Assembly (NCBI GenBank): GCA_034780895.1
Contig: JAUZTB010000066.1
Span: forward strand, 10,272,186 to 10,336,185
DNA: 64,000 nucleotides
Origin: Rhynchobatus australiae
Lineage: Eukaryota
Direction: 5' to 3'
Each line of letters starts with the position of its first letter. Within the stretch, counting starts at the first letter, position 1. Of the stretch, positions 51,351-63,085 are shown in pieces. The notes under the pieces are model-generated. The model was not told where the DNA came from. It was given only the letters and a program-made list of their open reading frames with translations, and ran no database searches. The translations under genes were made by a program, and so were the position numbers.

Positions 51351-51727
51351 ATGACTCTGATTCCTAATTGCAGTTTAATTTTGTTAAAATAATTGCAGGA
51401 TATGCATTGATATATGACAGCTGGAAACCACAATACTGTGAGTGTTCAAAATTATAGCAAAAAATATTATTTGAAGTGGTTCTAAAAGTTTTTTAAGCAA
51501 TGAGAGTGGCATTTGTCAGGAGCAGTGGATTGTTTGACCTGGTTCATTTGCACTTTGTTCAGCAGGATGGTTTAGGTTGTGACATCAAAGTGAGGTGGAG
51601 GTATTTCATGTAGGATGTGCAGTATTCATGTAGAACATTTTCTAGGCCACTGATTTGATTACAGTAGTGCAAGAAATAAATGTGTAAAAATGCAGCAGTA
51701 ATTTCCTTTCTGAATGTATGATAAGAT

Positions 51728-52012
51728 CTTTATTAGTCATATGTATAGTGAAACATACAGTGAAATGCATCTTTTATGTAGAGTGTTCTGGGGCCAGCCC
51801 GCAAGTGTTGCCACGTTTCCGGCACCAACATAACACACCCACAACCTCTTAACCTGTACATCTGTGGAATGTAGGAGAAAATCAGAGCACCCAGAGGAAA
51901 CTCGCGCAGACACGGAGAGAACATACAAATTCCTTACAGACAGTGGCCGGAATTGGACCTGGGTCTCTGGCGCTGTAAAGCATTATGCTAACCGCTACAC
52001 TACCGTGCCTGC
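51728..52012 (-). mobile_element. V-SINE subfamily with alternative tail, close to the copy at 11005-11255
   Basis: Both copies share ttattagtca..gtgaaatgcat..gtagagtgttctggg..cagcccgcaagtgt.gccacg..cattacgctaaccgctac. Confidence 0.85.
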
Positions 52013-54264
52013 CCATTTGTTAGGCATGTGTATGTCTCCTAGGATTATCCTGGGCTGCTGTTGCTTTCCTTGCAGCTTTGCACAGTACATTCAAAGACTT
52101 TTAAGTGGAGCAAAATCAAAGTTTACATCTAATTGCATTATTAACCTTCTATTTGGTAGCTTTTGTGTATCAAACAGATATAATAAGAGATGAAAGACCA
52201 CTTCCAATTACTTGGCTGATTATTATGCCTAAGGTTGCAAATTAATTAGCTAAAGGAAGAAAAGTAGCTATAACCTTTCTATCTTGTTCTCTCTCAAATG
52301 AAACGCAATGTTATAAAAAGGGTGGATGCTGACTGAAGCATTTTGGTTCGCAGGTTGAGGAGTTTTGGGATTTGATACCGATTTATTGCCAGTTCTGATA
52401 CTTTGTAAAATGATAAAAAATGAAAGGACTAAAGAAAGGTACAATGAAATTCATGCTACAGTATTTTTCCAAACCTGCAGTGAAAATTTTCTTGCAGTTT
52501 TTGGAATACACTCTTCTTGCTTCATGAATATTGCCAATTAGAATTTAGCTATTTGGTCACTTTTCTTTAAGAGCATGAATTTATTTGCACACTGTGACTA
52601 GTGGATGTTCTTGCTGTGAAATGGGCATGCATTCAACTGAATAAATTTGTAGGTGATTTCAGCATAGTGGAGTTCAATTGATGAAGATGTGCTGAATGTT
52701 CGTGCTACTGGCAACACCTGTTCGTGATCTGACCACCACACAATCTAAGCATTTGTTAGTCTAGTGATCTTCTCGTTGGATTGATTCCTTAAATTATGCC
52801 TGAAATAGGTGGTACATGCATCTGCCTGATTTGGGGCATTAACAATGTGGACTTTGAAGGTGCCATGTCTTTAGGTAGGTCATGAAGCTTTTGCTAGCAG
52901 CAGAGCTGCCGAGTTTATTTGTAGAACCACCATTAGAATTGGACCTGCTATTATCGCAGTATCACAGTTTCTACTAGCAACTGGGGGGACAAAAAAAACC
53001 CTATTCTAGCCCATGGACCCAGATAGTCATTTCCTTTGTTACTCATTGCTTAAGGAATCAAAATAGGAGTGATGTCTGTCATTTGGAAATATGGCCGCAA
53101 TTTAGACTGTATGATGGAAAGGATGTAATTAAAGGTGCAACAGTGTTTTGAACTGGTTACTGAAACCTCTAAATTGAATTACATAGACTCTGGAGCACAA
53201 AAACAATCCATTGATCTATGCGGGGCTTAATGTTCCCACACCAGACTCTTCCCACCCCTCCTCAACTAATCCTTTTATCTTCCATGTACTTCGCTAGTTT
53301 TTCTTCGGGTGTTTCTGTGCTAGCTACCTCAGCTGCTTCATGTTATGATGTTTCAGATTCTAGCCACTTGTAATGTGACTGCTCCTAAATTTACAATTGG
53401 ATTTATCAGTGATTTATAGGTTTGTGAGAAGCAATTCAAAACATCATAATATTCATCTCCCCATGAACTGCTTTCATAACCTTAAAGACTATATTTGGAA
53501 TAAGTTAGAATACCTATAGTTAGTGCATTGGAAGTATTAGATGGGACAACTTCCCCAATACTTTTAAACGATCTTTTGTTTACTTTATCCCTGTTCCTGA
53601 AGTACCAGAGTTTTCTCTCCATTGATGGTTGTTGGGACTGAGTAATGCGTATAAGTGGCAGAACAATTGGCCTTGCAGCTTGAAGCTGTTATTGCCAGAA
53701 AATAAATTCCTGAATTTCATTTAACAGGAGCAACAACATAATGTTAGCATTTTTTTCTGGAATAATTTTTATTTCACTGCAGTAAGACGGTGTAAGGTAT
53801 TGCAAATTTGGTACTTTTGTCTCTGGATTTATGGCTATTTTTGTATAAATTTGCAAGAACAGATATATGTTGCTTTGTATTGTTGACATCTGTGCAATTC
53901 ATTAAGTGACTAAATCTGCTTTGTCAGTGAAACTGGTTTGACAGCTTATGATTCATTCCCTGAAGTATTACCAGTCAGAGTGTATTTTATGATTTTGACA
54001 TTTTCCACGGGGGTGTAATGTATTGTTATGGATAGGTGATTATGAATATTGCATGTGTAGAAGTGTGTAATTACCTACAGTGCTAAGTGGAATAATTCTG
54101 TGTGCAGAGTATGACAATCATATATATTAAAAAAAATCTTGATAGTTTTACAATGAATTAGTTCTCCCATCTTCTGCAAGTTGAATTTGAGTTGGGTGCC
54201 AGTGTTGAGCTTTTCTCAGAGTGCATCATTTGTGCCTTCCAAAATAGACAGTAAATCAAAGAAC

Positions 54265-56300
54265 AGAAGATGCTTGCTGGAAATCTGAAATAAAAACAGA
54301 AAATGCTGGAACACTCAGCAGATCAGACAGCATCTGTGGAAAGAGAGTTTGACAGTAAACCCTTTGACAGAATTGGGAAACAGAGAAAACAAGTTTGGTT
54401 CTAAGTTGTATAGAGGGTGGGGGAGGAGTGATTAGGACAAAAAAAATATCTGAGGCCAAGATCATTATGGGGATGAGTTGTAGATGAAGTAATCTGGTTG
54501 ATAAATTAATCAGGATTTTTAGAGAGAGGGAATACAAGCAAAGGAACGTAAAAGCTATGAAATGCATAGCACATCAGACTGTGCTCCTGGAGAGATAAAA
54601 ACAGTCAATATTACAGATGGATGCCCCATAGCAGAGCTGGCCAGTTCTGATGCTCACTGAGAAAGCAAGTTATCTGAAATTACACAAATCAATATCAAGT
54701 ACAGATGGCTACAATGTGCCTAGATAGAACAAAAAGTGCTGTTCCTCAAGCTTATGTTGGGCCTCATAACAATAGAGGAGGTCACAGATAGGCAGGTCAG
54801 TGTGGGAATGCAATAGAGAATTAATGGCTGGCTACAGAAAGCTCAACAGTGTCCCTGCAGACTGATCACAGATGCTTGGCAAGGTGGTCACCCAATCTGC
54901 ATTTGGTTTCTCCATTGCTGAGGAGGCCACTGTGAACACTGAGCACAGTACACTGGATTGTTCAAGTGAATTGCTGCTTCACCTGGAAAAACTGTTTAAG
55001 TTCCTAGATGCTGGGACGGAAAGAGGTAAACATTTCATCTCTTGTGAATGAATGAGAAAGTGTTATAAGAAGGGTAGCGGTCATTGGAGACAGTAGAGCA
55101 GATCTGGAAGATGTGAAGGGAATGGTCCCTTAAGAATACTGAAGGTAGGAGGGAGGTGAATACATGTCTGGTGGTGGAATCTTGTTAGAAGTAATGGAAA
55201 TTGCAAAGAATGATCCGTTGACTGTGGATGCTGGTGGGGTGGAAAATGAGGACCAGGAGAATTTTATCCTTGCTTTGCCCAAAAGGGAAGAAAGTATGAG
55301 TAGATATATGGGAAGTGGGTCAGACGCAGTCAAGAGCTTTGTCAATTACAGCAGAAGGGAAGCCATGGTTCAGGAAGAAGAAAGACATCTTGAGTACTTG
55401 TGTGGAAAGTTTCATCATTGGAACAGATAAGATGGCAACACAAGAACTGGGCCAGTGGACTGGAGTCCTTGCAGGAAATAAAGTGGGAGGAACTATTGCC
55501 AAAGTAGCTGTGGGACTCTGAATATTTGTGCTAACCCATGCTCTGAGGTATCGAGACCCTGTAAAGGAAGGGAAGAGTCAAAGGTGGGCAATGTGAAAGT
55601 GAGAGCAGGGTGCAACACTTTTTTTTAAAGTTTTGTATGAGTGCAGGAAACAGCACTTATACAGCCAATAATGTGCTTGGAGAAAGAGTTAAGAGAAGGG
55701 CCCTAAATAGGACTGAATGGAGACTGTTCTGTGCATCCCATAAAAAGAAAAGCCTGGCTTTGGCCTTTGTATGTTCCCCTTTGATCCGGAGAAAGTGAGC
55801 AGAATGAAGTTGTTCAAGACGAGAGCAGGTTCAGTCAGGGCAGTGAGTTTGTGGGTGGATGCGACAGGTTGGGTCTCTGTTCGAGAAAGAAGTGGAAGGC
55901 CCTCCTTGTTTGGGATGGAGGTGTAAAGGTGAGAAAACTTCCTACACAGGTGTTTGAGATGTCTTCTNNNNNNNNNNTGATTGACAGAGCTCTTGACTGC
56001 ATCTCTTCTATTTTCTTTATGCTTCCCCCCAATGAGTCATTTGGTACCAGGGAATTGGGAACTGTCAAAATGGCAGAAGATATCAGAGGTGTCACAGATG
56101 CGAGTTTGAGGAGATTAGACCAGGTGCTGGAGTCAAAGTAGGAAGGCATAATTTTGTTTGGGTCTGTCTGGAAGGGGTCATTCCTGCATGTGGAAGGAGT
56201 TTGGGGGCAGGGGGAGACTACAACATTAGAAGCTGTGGGGGGAAGATCTGAGGAAATGAAGTCAGAAGGTGATATGTGGAAGTGTCTGAGAGCTGACATT
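54265..56300 (-). mobile_element. Degenerate Penelope-like element (GIY-YIG endonuclease and RT C-terminal remnants)
   Basis: Minus strand: EAQHKLEEQHFLFYLGTL (about 54715-54765), VYCAQCS..GETKCRLGDHLAKHL (about 54870-54955), FFLNHGFPSAVIDKALDCV (about 55320-55385); terminal repeat at 54270-54380. Confidence 0.82.
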
Positions 56301-57118
56301 TGGTAGTGGTAAAAATATCTGCCACAGCAAAGAAAATGTATTCTATAATGGAATGGTGTGAGCACTTTACTTGCAAGCATACTTACTGGGCTTTCAAAAT
56401 TGTAACACCTGTGCTGTTACTCATCCATCCATCAAATTATCAATCTGGATTTGGGAGACCAGTGTTCAATTACAGTCATGCCATTGATATATTTGTGAAT
56501 TTCTACAATTGCTTTTAAAATTGGATTAGGCAATCATTAAGCCAATTTATACATGCAAAGTTGATCTGCAAAGTTCTTGCAGTCACAGAAAGTTGCTGTC
56601 TGACACTTCAATAATGAAGTGTGTTGACAGTCTCTTTTAGTTGCTGCCAATCTGGGCCAGTGAAATTGGTATGCAAGACATCTCTGTGTGGGAGGTATTA
56701 TACTTGCAGGAGAACTCACACCTGGCAGTCATCATTCTCTCTTGTCTACCATTTTCTTATTTAAATTTGTTGTGTTCTTTACTCCTTTTTGTTTGAAAAG
56801 GTCAGCTCAATGTGAGCTGACTGGCTAGTGTAAACATATCAGTTATTAGTAGGACAAACTACAGTGAATTATGAATGTTGTTATGCCCATTGTAAATAAC
56901 AGAGTATGAAATGGAAGGTAATAAATTTGAGGTCTCCGTTTAGTAAATTGATCTTCCCTTGTTACACTAATTATTTGATAAAATGTAGTTAACACTCCAG
57001 AATATTAATTTAAAGGGAATTGGAAGAATGCATGCATGTACTTAGATAAAGTTTAAAGATAACTCTAGACATACTGTCTGAGATGTACAATTAGTGAACA
57101 TATTTTTATTTTGTACAG

Positions 57119-57169
57119 GTAAAGCCAAAGGAGAGAGAGAGAAAATAACAGAGGCACAAATCAATAAAG
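57119..57169 (+). CDS. AKAP10: AKAP10 coding exon 2 (51 nt, phase 1-1)
   Basis: Acceptor tatttttattttgtacag| and donor AAG|gtaata. Spliced to exon 1 it reads MSFFRRK-GKAKGEREKITEAQINK, resembling recalled human MSFFRRK-VKGKEQEKTSDVKSIK. Frame is preserved. Confidence 0.82.
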
Positions 57170-57499
57170 GTAATATTTTTTAATGTCTGTTGATGTTGTT
57201 TGGGTGGGAAGGTGGTTTGGGGCAAAGACTGGGAAGAAACAATACTCAGCTTTCCACAGTGTGGTGCTATGTGAGTAACCCAGGAACTCTAAAGTTGTTT
57301 GAATTTTAATGTGTGCCCCTTGATATGAATGACAGTCTTATGTTAATAATAGGTTTATTTGTCCATTATTTCCTTAATTTTTTTCTCTCCTTGGTGAATG
57401 ATCAGTGTTCATGGCTTAATGGAAACTAAGCCAACATTAGTGCTATCAACAGTTAGCTCCATTGCACCTAAGTTTCAAGTAAACTCTTTGAAATGTGTA

Positions 57500-57633
57500 T
57501 AGGTGACCCCTGCGTTACGGCTGTCTGGGTCACAGAATTTCACCCTTGCGGAATTTGCAAATTACCACCCAAAAATCTGAGATACGGAACGAAATTCACT
57601 CTTACAGAATTTATATGGGGAAAATATTGAAAT
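57500..57633. mobile_element. Possible pogo/Tigger-type DNA transposon end
   Basis: TA followed by taggtgacccctgcgttacg, with internal ttgcggaa/atacggaa repeats resembling Tigger TIR regions; runs into a gap. Confidence 0.35.
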
Positions 57634-58869
57634 NNNNNNNNNNNNNNNNNNNNNNNNNNNNNNNNNNNNNNNNNNNNNNNNNNNNNNNNNNNNNNNNNNN
57701 NNNNNNNNNNNNNNNNNNNNNNNNNNNNNNNNNNNNNNNNNNNNNNNNNNNNNNNNNNNNNNNNNNNNNAAAAAGTTTTCCATATTATTTACCCTCAAGA
57801 TGTTAGGTTTACAACCTAAACCTAAACTGAATGTTGGAAGATGATAAGTGGTGATACAAAAGCCTGCAGATGCTGGAATCTAAGTATGGAAGATGATGAA
57901 TGGAACCAGTGATTTATGAGTTCCTTATCTCTTTTCCAGCCTTTGGTTTGTTTGGGTTTTTCTGTTCCAGTTTACAGCATCTGCAGTTGCTTGTGTCTCC
58001 AAACACAGCTGCTGGCCACTTAAGAGAATTGCTTTGGAAACTGACAAGCCAATCTATTAAGTGGCCCCCTGCCTTGAACCAGCAGCTGTGGTACAATCAT
58101 TACTTTTGAAAGAAGAACATCTCCACTTATAAGATGGGATTCAAAGGAAAATAGGTTTTTGTGTTACAGAAGATCATGGTACAGGCAGTTTTCCAGGAAT
58201 GCAATCCCTCCATGGTGTGGGGGGTCACCTGTATTTGGTTTCCATAACGTCTTCTGTTAATTGTTAAAGTGAAAAGCTAAAAATGTCACAATACTCATGA
58301 AGTTAAAATATCATTTTGCAACAATTGATATTTTATTGATGATGGTAGGCTGGCAGATAGTAGAGTCATTTGATTTTGCCTTTGAAGTGCATTCCTTGTG
58401 CAATGGTGATCTAAATCAATACACCCTACTATCAGCAACAATTCTGACTCTGCTGACCTAAGTTCTTTGACAGTTTTGTTTTGTATGGATATATTCAGAT
58501 ACAAATATGATGAGCACATCCTGCATTTAACTTGAGGCTAATTGTCCCTTTGGGTGTCCAGAGATAAATTAGTTGGTCTATTTAATACAGAAGCCACCTG
58601 TTTATTGACTAGAAATATACTTTTTAAATAACTTCTAAATGTGCAAAAGAATTTTTTTCCTTTTTGTTTTTTTACTTTTGCTAGTATTATTTACTAAGTA
58701 GTTTCTTATCTTAGTTTTGGTGTAGGCTATTCAACAATGTTTGCATTAGTTTGTCAACACTTTGAATCCACTAGCCTATGCCACAAAGGCTCTGCAACTT
58801 ACTGTGGAATTAAGAGAAGGCATGTAGAGAGAGAAAGAGGATTGGTAACTTGAATGAAGAGAACTTCTT

Positions 58870-59452
58870 AATCAAATACAAGCTACTGGAGCAACTCGGT
58901 GGGTAAAGAGGCACCTATGGAGGGAAATGGACAGTCCATGTTTCTGGTTGAGATCCTTCATCCAGACTGAAAGATAAAAGGGAGATAGCCAGAATAAAGA
59001 GGTGAGGAGAAGGGGTGGAGCAAGAGCTGTCAAATAATAGGTGGATCCAAGTGTGGAGGGGTAATAGGCAGATGGAGGAGAGAAGAGTGGAAATAAGAGG
59101 CTAGGAGGTGAAAGGTGGAGGCAGAAAGGCTACAGATGATAGTATCTGATAGGAAAGGAAGGTGGAGCATGGAACCAAATAAGGGAGGTGGGGTGGGCTG
59201 ATGGGAACAGTAGAGCAGGGGGACGCAGTGAGATGACCGGGTGATGGGCAGATGGAGTGGGTGAAGGAGGGGAAAGAAACAGGGTGATGGGGGCTTGGTG
59301 TGGGTGGGTGTAGGAGGAACTGAGTATATCGGGGAGAGAGAAAAGGGGCAGTGGGTGGGGAGGAGCAGGTTACCTGAAATTGGAGAATTCAGTGTTCATG
59401 CCATAGGATTGTAGACTACCCAGGTGGAAAATGAGGTGCTGTTCCTCCAGTT
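58870..59452 (-). mobile_element. Penelope-like 3' end
   Basis: Minus strand 59370-59450 reads LEEQHLIFHLGSLQSYGMNTEFSNFR*, then a pyrimidine-rich UTR and terminal repeat (caagctactggagcaactcgg on +). Confidence 0.82.
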
Positions 59453-60649
59453 TTGGCAACCTTGCAAAACCTTAATGAAAGTAATATGGGATGCTTTTGA
59501 GAGAATTTTATTTTGCAAACTGGTTTCTCTGCAACTTCACTTATTTTTGCTTCCAAGGACGTTGCAGAAGGATCGATTAATTTACTGCATGCACTTCCTG
59601 AAGGAGAATTTAAAAACTTAATTGGCTTTGATGTTTGCTCTCTGACAATATTTGAAATATAGTTTAGGATCATGATATGTGGACTTGCTGGAATGTTTGA
59701 AACATGTCTGAGGTTAAACCAATGACAAAGAAAGAAACTTGTATTTACGTGACACATTATCCCATGTTTCAATTCAATTTTTCAATATAAACATTTAGAA
59801 TACATAAAAGTGCACGTAATGTCTATTTTGAACATTGCAGTTTTACTAAAATGATGCAAGAATCACCAGCTTACTTGACGTTTCTGCCTCAGACGAAAGG
59901 GTTTTAAAAAGCAATTCTGGTACCACTCCCTGACTCGTTCCTGATGTATTTTGTTGTTTGTCTTCACTTTCATCTTGTATGGCATGCATATAAATCTTCT
60001 TGATTCTTTGAACTTGCTAGCCAAAGTCTCAAATGTTCTCTTTGAACATGGTTTGTTCATCTTCCCTGAGCTTGTAGCTACCTTGGATGCTTTTGATCAT
60101 TGTATCCTCCTTTAACATTTCTCAATGTCCTATCCTTGTGATTTGGCTTTATAAAGATTTGGTGCAGCTCTGTTTTCTCCATTTCTTCTGGTTTCATACC
60201 CATCACAATTACTAGATGTATTCTCAGGCCCAAGGACACCTGATATCCCTTTGCACGTCATTCTAGTCCTCTCCTCTTCACCATGCATCCCCTCAGTAAC
60301 ATAATCTAAAATTATGGGATCAAATGCAAAATTTATGCATGGCTTTACCTTTTTTACCTCTTCATATTGAGGCACTTGTTTGCTCTTCCAGCCGTCTGTT
60401 CAATAATGCATTTGAAATAGTACAATATTGAGAAATTGAGGTCATTCTTTGATTCCTATAAGCTTCTAAACATCTTTGTCCTTCCCTCTATTAGCCTGCT
60501 TGCTTGACAGTTTTGGTTCCTTTTTGTTGGTGTAGTTCTGTAGGCTGTTTGGTATTAAGCTGAATTTGTTTCTGTGCCTCCATTGTCGCCAAAAGTGCTG
60601 TCTTTTGTCTTCATAGGTGGCTCTGAGAGCATGCAGAGAGACTTTGGGG

Positions 60650-62520
60650 GATAGAAACATAATGAATGAGCAAGAACATGGAATAAAATGTGAAAACATT
60701 ATGAGGTTATCCATTTTATCACAAAAAAAAGCAGAGTATTTTTTTTAAATGGTGGGAGAATGAAAGGTATTGGTGTTCGAGGTGTCTAGAGGTCCTAGAT
60801 ACACAAGGATATATTGTGTATATAATGATACACAAATCACAAAGTTAATATGCATTTAGGAAGCCCATGATGTGTTGGCCTTGATTGTAAGAGGATTGAG
60901 TTCAAGAGTAGAGATGCAATGCTTCAATTATATTGAGCCCTTGTGAGACCATCTGGAATATTGAGTACAGGTCCAACCTCCCTTCTTTAGGAAGTATATC
61001 CTTGTCCAAAGAAGGAGTACAGCGAAAGTTTACCAGATTCATTCCTGGAATAGTAAATTTGCCATGCAATGAGATCAGAGAACATAGAACATTACAGCAC
61101 AGTACAGGCCCACAATATTGTGCCGACATTTTATCCTGCTCTTAGATCTATCTAACCCTTCCCTTCCACATAGCCCCTTATTTTTCTATCATTCATGTGT
61201 CTATCGAAGAGTCTCTTACATGTCCCTAGCGTATCTGTCCCCACAACCTCTGCTGGCAGTGCGTTCCATGCACCCTCCACTCTCTGTGTAAAATAAAAAA
61301 CTTGCCCCCGACATCCCCCTTGTATCTTCCTCCAATCACCTTAAAATTATGTCCCCTCGTGTTAGCCATTGACACCCTGAGAAAAAGATCAAGTAGACTA
61401 GGCTTGTACTGTCCAGAGTTTAGAAGAATGACAGGTGATTTTGGTGAAACGTAGAAAATTTATTAAGGGGCTTGATGGGGTGGATGGAGAACTGATGCTT
61501 GGGTGGCTGGAACCAGAGATTAGTCGTTTAAGGCAGACATGAGAAGAAATATAAAGGCCAGTGAATCTTTTGAAATTCACTACCAGTGATGGCTCTGGAG
61601 GATCAGCCACAACATGTATTTAAGACAAACATTAATAGACTTTTGCACAATCCATCTGATGAGAGATTGCACAGCTTGAAGTTGCACAGGGATCTGGATA
61701 CTATGGTGCATAGTTCACAAAAATTAAATGTGTAGATGCAGCAAATAATTAGAGTAGTATTGTTAGGGGAATTGAATACAAAAGCAGGGAAGTTATGTTT
61801 CTGGTACATAGAGCATTGGTGAGATCGCATCAGGAGTACAGGGTCCATTATTGGCCTTGTGTATTTAAGGAAGGGTGTAAATGTGTTGGAAGCAGTGCAT
61901 TGTAGGTTTACCAGACTAATAGCTGGGATATGGGTAGTTCCTCTTATGAGAAATGAGGATTGGATGGGCTAGGCCTGTACCTGCGGGAATTTAGAAGAGT
62001 AAGAGGTCACTTGATTGAAAGATAAAATTCTAAGAATACTTGATAGAATGGATGTGGAGAGGATGTTTCCTCTTGTGGAAGAATGTAGAGTGAGGTTTCA
62101 AAGCTTTAAACTAAGAGGTTGTCCATTTAAGACATTGGAGGTAAAGTTTTTCTTAATGTCTTAAGATTTGGAATTCTCTTCCTCAAACCATTGGAAGCAG
62201 AGCCTTGGAATACTTTTTAAGGCAGAGGTAGATAGGTATGTGATAAATGAGTGAAAGAGTAGGTTGGAGGGCAAAGTGGAGATTGTAATCAGATCTGTTG
62301 TTGTGGTTATCCCTCTTAAGGTGAGAGAAAGCTTGAGGAGCGAATGGCCTATTTGTATGTTCATGTGTATGTTTGTTGATTTTAAGGGAATCGAAAGGCT
62401 TGGGATTAGGTCTGGAAAGCAGTGCTGATGTACAAGATGAGCTATGATCTTATTGAATGGGGAGTAGGCACAAGGGGTCCAATGGCCTACAGGTGTCCAT
62501 TCCTTATGTTATGTTCTTGC
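60650..62520 (+). mobile_element. Triple-nested CR1 fragments
   Basis: A host CR1 (+) is interrupted by an inverted CR1 tail (about 61078-61385) and a same-strand CR1 (about 61650-62368), then resumes at about 62370 to its tail aatggcctacagg..ttatgttatgttctt. Confidence 0.8.
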
Positions 62521-62974
62521 CATGTTTCATTGGTCCCTACTCAAATGCAGGGACTGGACTTTAGGGCTTTTACTCTGTAGGGCTTTATTTTAACCTTGTT
62601 GCTGCCACTATTCTTGCTTTTCATAGTTTGAAACAGCACTGCTTTCTTGCTCAGTCTTAGTCCTACCAGTACATTGATCTGTACCAAGCTCCATTGTCAG
62701 CCCAGACCCATCAGAATCATTTTGAGCACCTTTATTTTTCAAATACCTTAATGAGCTTACTTTGATCTGCTCAATTACTTGCTCAGTGAACTGTTACTGG
62801 AAGCTATTTTCACAGGTATCAGTCATGGCACAGGAACTAATACAAGTTTGAATAAAGTATAGTTTGTAATCCAAATTTAGATTGTAATAATCTGTTTGAA
62901 TTGAGATTTGCCAGTGTTTGCTGTGTTCTCATTGTGACAGGCTACTTAATAATGTCCCTATCTCAGTGTTGCAC

Positions 62975-63085
62975 AGATGGTTTTGATCTGACAAAGTTTC
63001 TTTGACTTGAGGTTAACTCTATTTCTCTTTCTACAGAAACTGCCTGACTTGCTGATTGTTTCCAGCATTTTCTGTTTTAGTTTTC
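62975..63085 (+). mobile_element. Penelope terminal repeat, degenerate
   Basis: gttaactctatttctctttctacagaaactgcctgacttgctga..tttccagcattttctgtttt. Confidence 0.65.

Larger units (their letters stand above)
2569..57769. other. About 21 assembly gaps (N runs) scattered through this span; largest 38672-39361
   Basis: Many are exactly 100 N (7043-7142, 8677-8776, 9546-9645, 15475-15574, 23339-23438, 26825-26924, 27791-27890, 35450-35549, 40671-40770) or 10 N (28392-28401, 31448-31457, 55968-55977). Confidence 0.98.

Noticed and set aside
55130-56380. ORFs 55164-55430 (+) and 55835-56380 (-) as host genes
   Set aside because: They lie within the decayed Penelope element and are frameshifted or antisense remnants.
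18500-61665. Isolated CTGATGA words (about 18502, 27338, 43507, 47613, 61656) as intact hammerheads or C/D snoRNA boxes
   Set aside because: No properly spaced stem II plus GAAA, and no paired C/D boxes with a terminal stem were visible.
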